Positions 22,141 to 31,779 of a DNA stretch of 37,405 nucleotides are shown here, piece after piece; position 1 is the stretch's first letter, and every line of letters begins with the position of its first letter. This stretch comes from a virus, in IMG/VR virus record IMGVR_UViG_3300027971_000007; one strand, written 5' to 3'. A program made the translations under genes and the position numbers. The notes under the pieces were generated by a model that made no database searches, was not told the origin of the DNA, and saw only the letters and a program-made list of their open reading frames with translations.

Positions 22141-24410
22141 TATAAAATTTTCCCTGTTTTAAGATAGACATCTATTTTTTGTATTGACACTGGATTATCA
22201 TTTACTGTAGCTTCAACTCCAAACTGTAACACTTTTCCTGAGCCTGTTAAAGGAAGACTCACTGTATTAACACCAATCCCAGCTGAGGCATACTTAGATA
22301 CATTATATTTAGGAGTTTTTGTAGTACCACCTATAATAGATGTACTTGATAAAGTAACTGACCTATTAATTGTATAAGTACCTACTCCTCCAGTACCTGT
22401 TCCTAAAGCTGTTATTGTAGTAGCTATAAGATTACCATTCCATAGTAAACTATCCCCAACTGATAAAAATCCATTTGTTACTCCTGATACAGTTAGAGTT
22501 GTTCCTGAAATTGATCCAGTAACTTCTGCAGTTATATTATTATATTTAGAAAATGTTTTAGTTCCTAAATTCTGTATTACATTTACAGATAAAGGATTTA
22601 GTGTATAGTCATAACCATACTTAAATGCAAAGTCTTGATCTCCACTACCAATTACAGTTAGACTTGCTTTCTTAAGCATCTTATCCTGTGTTGGTGCACC
22701 TAAGTCTGAGTTAGATGTATAGTAAATAAAAGTATATGAAAGTGTATTATCTAAGTATCCAGTATATTCTGCTATGCCATTTGGCACACCAAAAAGAAGT
22801 TTTCTATCTTCTGTAGCACAGAATGCTTTATAAGTGATACCAGCATTAGTATTCCAAATTGTAGTCCTTGCTGCACCATTAGGAAGAACATTTCTAAGGT
22901 CAAAATAAACCATTAATTTAGAACCTGGGAATGTAATTAGATAGAAAGCATCTCTTTCAAAATAAGCACTCTTAATGTTATTTAATGTTTCAACAGCTAA
23001 GTATCCTACTAAGTCATCTCTAATATTAAGAGAGAGTTCACGAAGAGGCATAGAGTTTTCTTGTATTGTTCTATTAAGACTTCTAATACCACTCTTAGAT
23101 AAGAATATTAAATCACTACCTGTATGTTGTACAGAATCTCTAGCAATACATCCAACACCTTTTACAGTGTCAGCTAATGACATTGTTGTAGGATCATTAG
23201 CACCCTGATAAACTACAATGTTATTCTTACAGAATATAATTAAATATTTATTATGTTGTGCTAAAGCCACAACCTCATCATTATTACCAACTACAGAAGC
23301 AATATCAATAAGTCCTGAACCAGTTCCTGAGAATTGAGCAGGATCAACAAGTCTGCTATAATATATAGTTGATTTATTACTTGTTAAATTAGCAACCCAA
23401 ATTCTACCAAAAGCAGAGATAATACAATCAGGGTCAAATGTTGTAACTCCAGTTGGTCTATTACCATATCCAGTAGTTTGATCTACTTTTTGTAAAATAA
23501 AGTCACCAGTATGTGGGTCTACTGTTCCTTTTCTTCTCCATACTAATAAAGGATTTCCTAATTGTGCAGCAAAACCATAAGAGTTTGCATCAGGACCCGT
23601 TCCTTCAGGAAGGGCAGCCCACTGCCATCTATTACCTGTAAATGTAGGTTGAGGTGATAAATCTGTTGATGGATTTCCACCTGAACTTTTAATAGTCTCT
23701 AATTTTAAAGTACTAGATCCACTGTAAATATTTAAGTTACCTGAAGATAAATAAGTTATGTTTCCAGCAACATCTTTAAACTCAAATAAAGACTCTAAAT
23801 AGTTATCTGTGCCTAAAGAATTAGATGCAGTAGTTGGTCTATATATTGTTACATTACCACTAGTAGTTCCACTAGTTCCATGAGTAACTGTAAATGTATT
23901 CGTTGTTACTGCTGTAATTGCAAAGGCACCATCTGTAGCAGTACCTGATGTAAAGTCTAAATAAACTGTATCACCTACTGCTAAACCATGAGCACTTGCA
24001 GTTACTGTAACAGTTGTTAATGCTCTAGCATATGTACCTGATATACCAGCCCTAGTTTGTGAAGTACTAATAGTATATGTACCAGTACCACCAGTTCCAG
24101 TACCTAATGCAGTAATTGTAGTTCCTGAAGTAATGCCAGTTCCTGACAATACAGTACCAATAGATAGTGTACCTGAGGTTACTGAATAAACAGTCATTGT
24201 AGTTGTAGTAATAGAAGCTGTAAATATAGCATTAATTGAATTCGTTAAAAGACTATAACCTTTTCTAGCACCTAAACGACCATATTTATCAATGATACAG
24301 TTCTTAGCTACTGAAGCATATCCACTTTCAAGAGTAACACTAGAGTCTTGAGTGTTTAAACCCATGAATCCAGGAGCTACAATACTAGTAGTTTTTAAGA
24401 CTCCAGCCAT
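22140..24410 (-). CDS. Tail tubular protein B-like (nozzle) with two inserted ~50-aa repeat domains
   Basis: 756 aa, following a ~210-aa gene as in the T7 gp11/gp12 pair. The N-terminus reads [10 protein letters not shown]...GARKG. It carries duplicated domains ...[43 protein letters not shown] and ...[43 protein letters not shown]. Confidence 0.5.
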   Translation of the reverse strand: MAGVLKTTSIVAPGFMGLNTQDSSVTLESGYASVAKNCIIDKYGRLGARKGYSLLTNSINAIFTASITTTTMTVYSVTSGTLSIGTVLSGTGITSGTTITALGTGTGGTGTYTISTSQTRAGISGTYARALTTVTVTASAHGLAVGDTVYLDFTSGTATDGAFAITAVTTNTFTVTHGTSGTTSGNVTIYRPTTASNSLGTDNYLESLFEFKDVAGNITYLSSGNLNIYSGSSTLKLETIKSSGGNPSTDLSPQPTFTGNRWQWAALPEGTGPDANSYGFAAQLGNPLLVWRRKGTVDPHTGDFILQKVDQTTGYGNRPTGVTTFDPDCIISAFGRIWVANLTSNKSTIYYSRLVDPAQFSGTGSGLIDIASVVGNNDEVVALAQHNKYLIIFCKNNIVVYQGANDPTTMSLADTVKGVGCIARDSVQHTGSDLIFLSKSGIRSLNRTIQENSMPLRELSLNIRDDLVGYLAVETLNNIKSAYFERDAFYLITFPGSKLMVYFDLRNVLPNGAARTTIWNTNAGITYKAFCATEDRKLLFGVPNGIAEYTGYLDNTLSYTFIYYTSNSDLGAPTQDKMLKKASLTVIGSGDQDFAFKYGYDYTLNPLSVNVIQNLGTKTFSKYNNITAEVTGSISGTTLTVSGVTNGFLSVGDSLLWNGNLIATTITALGTGTGGVGTYTINRSVTLSSTSIIGGTTKTPKYNVSKYASAGIGVNTVSLPLTGSGKVLQFGVEATVNDNPVSIQKIDVYLKTGKIL

Positions 24411-25051
24411 TAGTTAGGATACCAAGTAATTTCATCAGGTCTATTATTAGCTTCAATAGCTATTAGATCAGCTAACATATTTCTATATCTAGCCTCAACA
24501 TCCTGACTACCACCATCTTCACCTCGTTCACTAATAGCCCTAGCTAAAGCACCTTCTACAACTAATTGAGCATTAACTTGTATGACATCACCATCATTAA
24601 CTAACTCAGCTTGTGGTAGAACCACATTAAAGCGTAAATCATAGTTACCATCAGGTATAGGGAATACATCTACTTGTGTATCACCAGTTGCATCTACACC
24701 ATTAAAGTTATAATAAGCAGGAGGACCTACTTGAGGTGTTGATAATAAGAATTGTTGATTAAACCAAGTTAAACTTCTTTCATCCATAAACCAATTAGAA
24801 GTGTCATTAATAACATCAATAACTTTAAAACGAGTTCCTGCACCATCTAATACATAATTGAATAAATTATTAGATGTAGTTGCAGTTAGAGTTTGACGAA
24901 GAACACTCCAATTATAAGAGTTTTCTACCTCAGATTTAATTGAGTTTACTAAGTCACCAATTAAAGTAGAATAAGTGTTAGCACTAACTGTGCTTACCTC
25001 TGCTTCTCTTAATCTTCTTAAAACTCTATTGACAATTTGTAAATAAGTCAT
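24410..25051 (-). CDS. Tail tubular protein A-like (adaptor/gatekeeper)
   Basis: 213 aa, ATGA-coupled to the 756-aa gene, preceded by a consensus late promoter. The call rests on position and size. Confidence 0.45.
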   Translation of the reverse strand: MTYLQIVNRVLRRLREAEVSTVSANTYSTLIGDLVNSIKSEVENSYNWSVLRQTLTATTSNNLFNYVLDGAGTRFKVIDVINDTSNWFMDERSLTWFNQQFLLSTPQVGPPAYYNFNGVDATGDTQVDVFPIPDGNYDLRFNVVLPQAELVNDGDVIQVNAQLVVEGALARAISERGEDGGSQDVEARYRNMLADLIAIEANNRPDEITWYPN

Positions 25052-25077
25052 GTGTTATTTTCCCAGTGTATATAACA

Positions 25078-25106
25078 ATTATACCATAAGAATGGCTATT
25101 TGTCAA
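25078..25106 (-). promoter_or_regulatory. Sigma70-type late promoter (TTGACA-N17-TATAAT plus TGTTATAT)
   Basis: The minus strand reads TTGACA (25106..25101), a 17-nt spacer ending TGG, TATAAT (25083..25078), then TGTTATATAC. Confidence 0.75.
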
Positions 25107-25403
25107 CTACTTCTTTTTGTTTTTATTTCTAGTAGATATTGCTTTAGCCTTAGCCTTTGCATCTGATTTAGAAGAGGCACCCCAAGCTTTAAGAGATAGA
25201 AGAAGTCTTGTAGGCTCTCCATTAGGTTTCTTCTCAGGTCCAGGCATATTACCCATACGAGCTAAAAAAGATGCTCTACGAGGGTTATCACCAGCTTTAA
25301 CAGGTGCTTTTAAAGTACCACCAGTATAACTAGCTCTTCCTTTGGCATTAAGTCCACCTTTAGGGTTTTTACCTTCTTTTCTTGTCCATGCTGGAGTACT
25401 CAT
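25107..25403 (-). CDS. Hypothetical basic protein
   Basis: 98 aa, Lys/Gly/Pro-rich (AWTRKEGKNPKGGLNAKGRA...RRASFLARM...). ATGA overlap with the upstream ORF. Confidence 0.55.
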   Translation of the reverse strand: MSTPAWTRKEGKNPKGGLNAKGRASYTGGTLKAPVKAGDNPRRASFLARMGNMPGPEKKPNGEPTRLLLSLKAWGASSKSDAKAKAKAISTRNKNKKK

Positions 25404-25573
25404 TTCTTTTTAGACATACCAGCTTGTGAAAGAGCAATAGCAATTGCTTGCTTCTTAGAGGTAACAACAGGACCTTTTTTAGAACCAGTATTTAATGTAC
25501 CAGCTTTATATTCACCCATTACTTTACCAATTTTCTTTTGTTTACCCATCTTTGTAGTTGGAACTTTTTTCAT
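25400..25573 (-). CDS. Small basic protein, DUF6496-like (57 aa)
   Basis: MKKVPTTKMGKQKKIGKVMGEYKAGTLNTGSKKGPVVTSKKQAIAIALSQAGMSKKK*. The ...G.L.SGS..G..V.S.KQAIAIALS.A motif is recalled from memory. ATGA overlaps at both ends. Confidence 0.5.
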   Translation of the reverse strand: MKKVPTTKMGKQKKIGKVMGEYKAGTLNTGSKKGPVVTSKKQAIAIALSQAGMSKKK

Positions 25574-26004
25574 TTGTATTCTCTCTTTCCTTTATTGTCT
25601 ATAATTAAAGCTTGGTTTCTTGGAAGACTACCTTTAATAGTTGGAATTGATATATGAACCCAACTATCAAATTCTAATATAACCTGATCGTAAGGGATAT
25701 TAGCATCGACAATGGCTCTGACCACAGCATCAGGAGACATTCCCTTGACATTAAAGTCAGCTGCACATCCTTCACAATGTTGTGATGTTTTACTTCCACC
25801 CACTGATTCATTGACTTCCCTCGATCTATATCCTGAACTAATCAGGAATGGTTTATTAAATACTTTTCTAACTTGTTCTAAAAAGAATGCAAGTCTTTCT
25901 AAGTTATCTTTTACTTTAGCAGAGGGTGTGTTATCTATTCCTTTTCTACTTGCTACTTGACTGAAAGTAAGTTCTTCTAAACTAAAGTTAGGACTTAACT
26001 TCAT
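25570..26004 (-). CDS. Peptidase M15 (VanY / L-Ala-D-Glu peptidase type) endolysin
   Basis: SGYRSREVNESVGGSKTSQHCEGCAADF...WVHIS gives the H-x6-D...H zinc-peptidase pattern of M15 lysins. It follows a holin-like gene. Confidence 0.75.
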   Translation of the reverse strand: MKLSPNFSLEELTFSQVASRKGIDNTPSAKVKDNLERLAFFLEQVRKVFNKPFLISSGYRSREVNESVGGSKTSQHCEGCAADFNVKGMSPDAVVRAIVDANIPYDQVILEFDSWVHISIPTIKGSLPRNQALIIDNKGKREYK

Positions 26005-26366
26005 TTCTTCTTAATGTAGAACAAACTGCGTTCTCCAAATAGGTAGAATCCAACTGCACTAGCAAAGTTATTTACTTCTTCACTAGGGTGTCCACTCACT
26101 ATGGTATATACCCATGTAGAAAGCACAAGAACCCCTATTACAGGTCTCATCAGTCTAACGATGGACTCTACCCATGGATAAGATGGATTACCTGCCCCAA
26201 CCTCATTCATTACTCTAAAGAACTCTAAGTCAATAGACTTCATTTGAGTATATTGTTCTATCGTAGCTGGTTTAAATACATCAGGTGCTACAAACCTACT
26301 AATAAGTGACTTACCTAAATCCATAGCTACTGGTAAGAATGCTGATAATATTGTTATTGGATCCAT
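26001..26366 (-). CDS. Putative holin (multi-TM membrane protein)
   Basis: 121 aa with hydrophobic segments (ILSAFLPVAM, RPVIGVLVLSTWVYTIV, FASAVGFYLF) and a basic tail. ATGA-coupled to the endolysin. Confidence 0.45.
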   Translation of the reverse strand: MDPITILSAFLPVAMDLGKSLISRFVAPDVFKPATIEQYTQMKSIDLEFFRVMNEVGAGNPSYPWVESIVRLMRPVIGVLVLSTWVYTIVSGHPSEEVNNFASAVGFYLFGERSLFYIKKK

Positions 26367-26650
26367 TATTTAATCTCCACAGGGTAGAATCTATCTACAG
26401 GGAATTCACTAAAGTCCCCACCTTCCCATTGAATATGTATTTTATTTTCATTAGTTGACCAACAAGCTTTCATTACTTGTTTATCTAATCTTTGAGCTAC
26501 AGCTTTAAATCCAGCTGACTCGCACTTTTCTTTAGAAAGAACAATACGAACATTCTCATTATATTGCATAACCATATATTCAGAGGCTTCTACTTTATGA
26601 ATATAGAGTAAAGTAAGTAGGACTAGTATTAAGAACATTAAATGTTTCAT
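26366..26650 (-). CDS. Small secreted protein (signal peptide)
   Basis: MKHLMFLILVLLTLLYIHKVEA|SEY is a classic signal peptide. The mature part is ~72 aa with 2 Cys. Confidence 0.55.
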   Translation of the reverse strand: MKHLMFLILVLLTLLYIHKVEASEYMVMQYNENVRIVLSKEKCESAGFKAVAQRLDKQVMKACWSTNENKIHIQWEGGDFSEFPVDRFYPVEIK

Positions 26651-26997
26651 TAAAATGTTTTCCTATTAAATTTATAAAGCTTGCAAATTTCCCCTGCTAA
26701 CTGTTCAAAGTCACCATCATGTTCAGCATACTTATTAGTGTACATATTTCTTTTATAAAGTAGTACATGAATCATCTCATGTAGAAGTACCTCAGACATT
26801 TTCTTAAAACTATTTTGTCTAGTCTCTATATGAATAGTCATATTACTTGGTGTAAATAACCCATCACAATCATCTGAATCCATCACTTCAAACCTCATTT
26901 TAAGAGGTGAAGGCATTGGGTATCTATTAAATGGAGGTAATCTTATAAATGAACTATATAAATGCCTAAGGGTCTTTTTATTTAATAGACCAGCCAT
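26650..26997 (-). CDS. SprT-like zinc metalloprotease domain protein
   Basis: The HExxH motif LLHEMIHVLLY sits in a ~115-aa protein laid out like the SprT family. Confidence 0.5.
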   Translation of the reverse strand: MAGLLNKKTLRHLYSSFIRLPPFNRYPMPSPLKMRFEVMDSDDCDGLFTPSNMTIHIETRQNSFKKMSEVLLHEMIHVLLYKRNMYTNKYAEHDGDFEQLAGEICKLYKFNRKTF

Positions 26998-27148
26998 GCG
27001 ACATAGCCCATAAATATACGAGTCCAGCTAACGCAATAGCTACAATGCCTTTTAATGACCACTTACCAAAAGCAGTAAATTGCTTATCAAGCCATTCTTC
27101 TAATGCTTCTTTAATAGCTTGTTTTTGTTGTTCAGGGGTCATGTCCAT
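26978..27148 (-). CDS. Small membrane protein (56 aa; holin/antiholin candidate)
   Basis: MDMTPEQQKQAIKEALEEWLDKQFTAFGKWSLKGIVAIALAGLVYLWAMSHGWSIK*. AAGGA SD upstream. One C-terminal TM segment. Confidence 0.45.
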   Translation of the reverse strand: MDMTPEQQKQAIKEALEEWLDKQFTAFGKWSLKGIVAIALAGLVYLWAMSHGWSIK

Positions 27149-27152
27149 ATCC

Positions 27153-27308
27153 TTATTCTTCTTCTTTAGGTTTTTCTACTTGTGTTTCTGCTTGTTGTTT
27201 AATCTTTACTACTAAGTTCCATGCACCAGTTTTAGTAGGAAGCTCACCTAAGACATTCAATAAGGCATTCACTTCTTCTATTGTTAAAACTAAGTTGATC
27301 TCTTGCAT
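27153..27308 (-). CDS. Hypothetical small protein (51 aa)
   Basis: MQEINLVLTIEEVNALLNVLGELPTKTGAWNLVVKIKQQAETQVEKPKEEE*. AAGGAA SD upstream. Confidence 0.45.
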   Translation of the reverse strand: MQEINLVLTIEEVNALLNVLGELPTKTGAWNLVVKIKQQAETQVEKPKEEE

Positions 27309-27323
27309 TGTATTTCCTTTTAT

Positions 27324-27671
27324 TTAGTTAAGTGCTACCCAAGGGAGAGGTTGTTCGCTAGGTGTTACAGGTGGGTTAGCTTGTGAGTCTATACTTCCTG
27401 CAATCGTAGCTTCATAACTTGCTACACCATCTTCACCTAAAGTTGTTTGTATCCAACCTACGACTTGTTCTTCTGTTAAGTCAGCATAAGGTGTGAAGTT
27501 AGGGTCGTCAGCAGATATAGTGAATTGTGTTGTGTTGCTACCTAATGTTTCTGAGTATGTGCCATCTGTGCCTGATACTGCCCATTGTGCTAATACTACG
27601 ACATCTGTTTCACCTTCTACTTCAGGTAGAGTGTACATAGATGTTACTGACCATGTGTATGTTATTGCCAT
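27324..27671 (-). CDS. Hypothetical protein downstream of the giant fibre
   Basis: 115-aa ORF (MAITYTWSVTSMYTLPE...), tightly packed after the fibre gene. Confidence 0.55.
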   Translation of the reverse strand: MAITYTWSVTSMYTLPEVEGETDVVVLAQWAVSGTDGTYSETLGSNTTQFTISADDPNFTPYADLTEEQVVGWIQTTLGEDGVASYEATIAGSIDSQANPPVTPSEQPLPWVALN

Positions 27672-27680
27672 GTTATTTCC

Positions 27681-30600
27681 TTAGTAAGATGGATACCATT
27701 TAGTTGTTGTTGCATCGTAAGTAAGTATAAGAGCTTTACCTACGACTGCTGTAGTTGCTAGTGCTATGTTCCCTGCTGTGCTTGTTGCAAATACTCCAGT
27801 AGGAATAATTGTAATTGAACCGCCACCACCAGTTAATGGTGCAGGAGCTGTAATAGTGTCTATGGTTGTTGTGCCTGATACAAAAGAGATAGGTTTAGTA
27901 GGTGCTATAGTTGCAGCAGAAGCTATTGTAGGTGCAGCAGATGTATAGCCAGTAATAAGTGGAGCTAGTCTTAAACTTGTTATAGAGCTATTACCTAAAG
28001 TAATCTCATTAGACACTGTTGCTGATGATGCAGCAGCGTTATAACCTATGATGATGTTGTTAGAGCCAGTAGTGAGATTGTTAGTGCCTGAATTACCAGC
28101 GTTATATCCTATGCCAGTATTATTTGCTCCTGATGTAACACTTTGTAATGCTGAAAATCCAATAGCTGTATTATTACCACCAGCACCTGAAGAATATAAT
28201 GAACCTTGTCCTACTGCTGTATTAGCACTTCCTGTATTAAGCTGTCCAGCAGAAGCTCCTACATAAGTTGAATAATTAGATGTTGTAGATGTAGTGCCTG
28301 CTAAGTAACCAATAGAAGTATTTTGAACTCCAGTCGTATTACTATAACCTGATTGAAAACCTAAAGCTGTATTTAGATTACCTGTAGTATTAGAATATAA
28401 AGCACGATAGCCAACTGCTGCATTTGAACTAGCTGTCGTATTAGCATTTAACGCCTGATATCCCACTGCTGTGTTATTACCACCTGTAGCTAGTGTTGCT
28501 ACAGGCACTGTGAATCCTGTTACATTACCGATAGATGCTGTAGGTGCTGTAAGTACTGTGGTGGTGTCTTTAAAGCCTACACCAGCAGATGTGATGGTTA
28601 CTGTAGTTACTGCTCCACCTGCAACGACTATGGTAGCTGTAGGGTAAGTTACTGCTGTAGAGCCACTAGATAATGTCATTACGACACCAGTGTAAGTTCC
28701 GTCTGTACCACCAGTGCCGCCAGTGATAGCACCAAGTGTTGCTACTGCTGTTGTATTGTTAAATAATGCTTGAAAGCCTAAAGCTGAATTGTTAGAGCCT
28801 ATTGTGCAATTATAATTAGCTGCTTCACCAACTATAGTATTACTAGCTCCTGTAGTATTATAATATGAAACATAAGCACCAATAGCTGTGTTATTACTGC
28901 TAGTAGTTGCACTATTTAATGCTGATATACCTATAGCTACATTTTGAGAACCTGTAGTTAATGAACCATTAGCAAAGTATCCAACAGCAGTATTGCTTGA
29001 TGCTGTATTGAGATACAAAGCTCTGTAACCCACTGCTGTATTTTGTGATGTTGTTGTATTTGAATATAAAGCCTGAAATCCTAATGCTGTATTTTGTTGA
29101 CCTGAAGTAAGAGCAGTTAAAGCAGAATTACCTACACCTGTATTTTGCAATCCTGTAGCAGTTGCCGCTAATGCAGAAACTCCCAATGCAGTATTAGTAG
29201 TAATATTACCACCACCTAAACCAATAGTTAGTAAGGAAATAGTAGAATTACTTGTACCAAATGTAGCTGCTATGCCTGGTACTCTTAGTGATGTTACAGA
29301 TGCGTTGCCTAGTGTTATTTCGTTAGATACAGTGGCAGAAGATGCTGCTGCGTTGTATCCGATAATAGTGTTGTTAGAACCTGTGGTTAGGTTGTTAGTT
29401 CCTGAGTAGCCTGATTGAAAACCTAGTAAAGTGTTATTAGTTCCTGAAGTAATAGCAGCACCAGCAGTATGACCTAAAGATGAGTTTCCACCTCCTGTAA
29501 TAGCACCAGATAATGCAGAGTTACCTACAGCAGTGTTATTAGAAGTTGTAGTGTTTTGGTATAAAGCATATATACCCATGGCTGTGTTACCTGAGCCTGT
29601 TGTATTACCATTTAATGCTATATAACCTATTGCTGTATTACTTCCACCTGTTGTGTTAGCTTTTAATGTTTGATTACCAATTGCTACATTGTTTGCACCT
29701 GTAGTATTTAATTGTAACGCTTGATAACCAAAAGCATCATTAATGCCTGTAGTATTAGTCGTAAGAGCTTGGTAACCTACCGCAGTATTGTTACTTGTAT
29801 TACTTGCAGCAGTACCTGTTCCTGTACCCACTCCTGTTGCAGTAAATGTGAGTCCTACTGTGTTAGATGCTGCACCTATGAGAGTAAAGTCTGTAGTGCC
29901 GATAGAGATAATAGTGTATGCAACACCTACTACGAATACTCCAGCAGTTACAGTTTTGCCTGAGTTAGCAAGTGCTGATGTACCTACTGCTGTGTTATAG
30001 TTACCTGTGACATTTAAATATAAAGTTTGATAGCCAAATCCTGAATTAGAACCACCAGTGGTATTTGAATAAATAGCATTATGACCAAACCCTGAGTTAT
30101 TTGCTCCAGTAGTATTTAAAGCTAAAGTATTTACACCAAATGCAGAGTTTAAATTACCTGTAGTAGTAGAAAATAAAGCCTGATAGCCAACTCCTGTATT
30201 ATTACCTGCTGTTGCTAAATTTAATGCTCTGACACCTACTGCTACACTATTAGTACCTGTTACATTAGTATATAAAGCTGCATAACCAACAGAAGTATTA
30301 TTACTACCAGATGTATTTAAAAATGATGCTTGATAACCCAAAGCAGTATTTTGACCAGTTCCGCTATTAGAACCACCTAAAGCACTTGAACCAATAGCAG
30401 TGTTAGTAGCTACAGCACCACCACCCTTACCTACTGTTAATCCTGATATAGATGCGTCATTAGCTGTGGTAACTGTTGTGCCGTTAAAGGTAAAGTTAGC
30501 AGAGCCAGCAAAAGCTCCTGCATTGTTATATTGTACTTGTGTGGTAGAACCAGCAACATTAGCAGTAAAAGCAGCTGTAGTCCATGCTGATCCACTCCAT

Positions 30601-31535
30601 GCAAATAATTGATTTGATGTTGAATTCCAATATAATGCACCAGTTATTAGAGCATTTCCATCATTGTCTAAAGTTGGGGCTGAAGATTTAGCTCCTAAAT
30701 ATCTATCATCAAAAGAATCATAGCTATTTGCAGCATCTGTTGCACTTGTTGCTGCGTTAGAGGCACTTGTAGAAGCATTACTAGCTTGTGTAGTTGCTAT
30801 ACCAGCTTGAGTAGTGGCAGTGGATGCTCCAGTTGAAGCAGTTCCAGCACTTACAGCAGCATTAGATTCTGATGTTGCTGCATTAGTAGCTGATGTTGAG
30901 GCATTTGATGCTTGTGTAGTGGCTGTTGAAGCTGATGTTGAAGCTGAAGATGCCGAGGTAGAGGCATTACTTGCAGAAGTAGCAGCGTTTGATGCTGAGG
31001 TTGTAGCACTACTAGCTTGAGTTGAAGCTGTAGAAGCACTATTAGCAGCGTTAGTAGCTGAAGTGGCTGCATTAGATTCACTTGTTGCAGCAGCAGCTGC
31101 AGAAGCAGCGGCACTTGTTGATGTTGCAGTATTAGATACAGAAGTCCACGCAGATCCAGTCCACACGAACATAGTATTAGAAGTAGAATTGAAGTATAAA
31201 GCCCCTGTTAAAAGACTATTGCCATCATTATCTACACTAGGTGCTGTTGCTTTTTGACCAAGGTATCTGTCATCAAAGTTATCGTATGTTGTAGCAGCAT
31301 TGGACTCAGAAACAGCAGCTGCAGATTGAGATGCAGTGGCAGAGGTAGCTGAATTAGTTGCAGATGTTGCAGAGTTTGCTGCATTTGTAGCAGATGTAGC
31401 AGCATTAGTAGCACTAGTAGCTGCAGCAGTTTCACTTACTAAGGCAGCAGCAGCTGCGTCAGAAGCAACTGAAGCTTGATTGGTTGCATCTGTAGTAGCA
31501 TCGCCTGAGCCACCAGCTCCACGAAAAATTGCCAT
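27681..31535 (-). CDS. Giant repeat-rich tail fibre / adhesin-like protein (1284 aa)
   Basis: Two copies of the fibre N-terminal module YD.FDDRYLG....AP..DNDGN.L.TGALY.NSTSN..F.W.GSAWT (aa 84-133 and 272-321). Dozens of ~14-aa NTA(V/I)GYxAL..NTTG repeats. Two copies of SGTNNLTTGSNN.IIGYNAAASSATVSNEITLGN.S.TSLR (aa 711-753 and 1149-1191). Confidence 0.8.
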   Translation of the reverse strand: MAIFRGAGGSGDATTDATNQASVASDAAAAALVSETAAATSATNAATSATNAANSATSATNSATSATASQSAAAVSESNAATTYDNFDDRYLGQKATAPSVDNDGNSLLTGALYFNSTSNTMFVWTGSAWTSVSNTATSTSAAASAAAAATSESNAATSATNAANSASTASTQASSATTSASNAATSASNASTSASSASTSASTATTQASNASTSATNAATSESNAAVSAGTASTGASTATTQAGIATTQASNASTSASNAATSATDAANSYDSFDDRYLGAKSSAPTLDNDGNALITGALYWNSTSNQLFAWSGSAWTTAAFTANVAGSTTQVQYNNAGAFAGSANFTFNGTTVTTANDASISGLTVGKGGGAVATNTAIGSSALGGSNSGTGQNTALGYQASFLNTSGSNNTSVGYAALYTNVTGTNSVAVGVRALNLATAGNNTGVGYQALFSTTTGNLNSAFGVNTLALNTTGANNSGFGHNAIYSNTTGGSNSGFGYQTLYLNVTGNYNTAVGTSALANSGKTVTAGVFVVGVAYTIISIGTTDFTLIGAASNTVGLTFTATGVGTGTGTAASNTSNNTAVGYQALTTNTTGINDAFGYQALQLNTTGANNVAIGNQTLKANTTGGSNTAIGYIALNGNTTGSGNTAMGIYALYQNTTTSNNTAVGNSALSGAITGGGNSSLGHTAGAAITSGTNNTLLGFQSGYSGTNNLTTGSNNTIIGYNAAASSATVSNEITLGNASVTSLRVPGIAATFGTSNSTISLLTIGLGGGNITTNTALGVSALAATATGLQNTGVGNSALTALTSGQQNTALGFQALYSNTTTSQNTAVGYRALYLNTASSNTAVGYFANGSLTTGSQNVAIGISALNSATTSSNNTAIGAYVSYYNTTGASNTIVGEAANYNCTIGSNNSALGFQALFNNTTAVATLGAITGGTGGTDGTYTGVVMTLSSGSTAVTYPTATIVVAGGAVTTVTITSAGVGFKDTTTVLTAPTASIGNVTGFTVPVATLATGGNNTAVGYQALNANTTASSNAAVGYRALYSNTTGNLNTALGFQSGYSNTTGVQNTSIGYLAGTTSTTSNYSTYVGASAGQLNTGSANTAVGQGSLYSSGAGGNNTAIGFSALQSVTSGANNTGIGYNAGNSGTNNLTTGSNNIIIGYNAAASSATVSNEITLGNSSITSLRLAPLITGYTSAAPTIASAATIAPTKPISFVSGTTTIDTITAPAPLTGGGGSITIIPTGVFATSTAGNIALATTAVVGKALILTYDATTTKWYPSY

Positions 31536-31543
31536 GATATTCC

Positions 31544-31735
31544 TTAATTAAAGAGTTTGTTTAAAAGACTTTCTTTCTTCTCTTTAGTAACTTTTGGTTT
31601 TTCTGTCACTTCCTCTTTAGGAGTTTTAACAGTTTCCTTTACAGCTTCCCAAGCTTGAGATGCTTCGTATGATTTTACTTCATCTTTTGTTAAAGCTGAA
31701 TAGATTTCACCTGATGTTTTATTGATAAATTGCAT
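31544..31735 (-). CDS. Hypothetical Lys/Glu-rich small protein
   Basis: 63-aa ORF between the capsid terminator and the fibre gene, with a GGAGACC SD-like element upstream. Confidence 0.5.
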   Translation of the reverse strand: MQFINKTSGEIYSALTKDEVKSYEASQAWEAVKETVKTPKEEVTEKPKVTKEKKESLLNKLFN

Positions 31736-31779
31736 TGTGGTCTCCTAAGTTATATTTATGGATACTAAATAATACCCAT

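Noticed and set aside
30437-31435. Several 64-87-aa ORFs on both strands inside the giant fibre gene (e.g. 30851..31114, 31232..31435, 30814..31020, 31063..31257)
   Set aside because: They are alternative-frame and antisense readings of GCN/ACN-rich low-complexity repeats, giving Leu/Gln or Ala/Val runs. They have no start context and are nested in a 1284-aa ORF.
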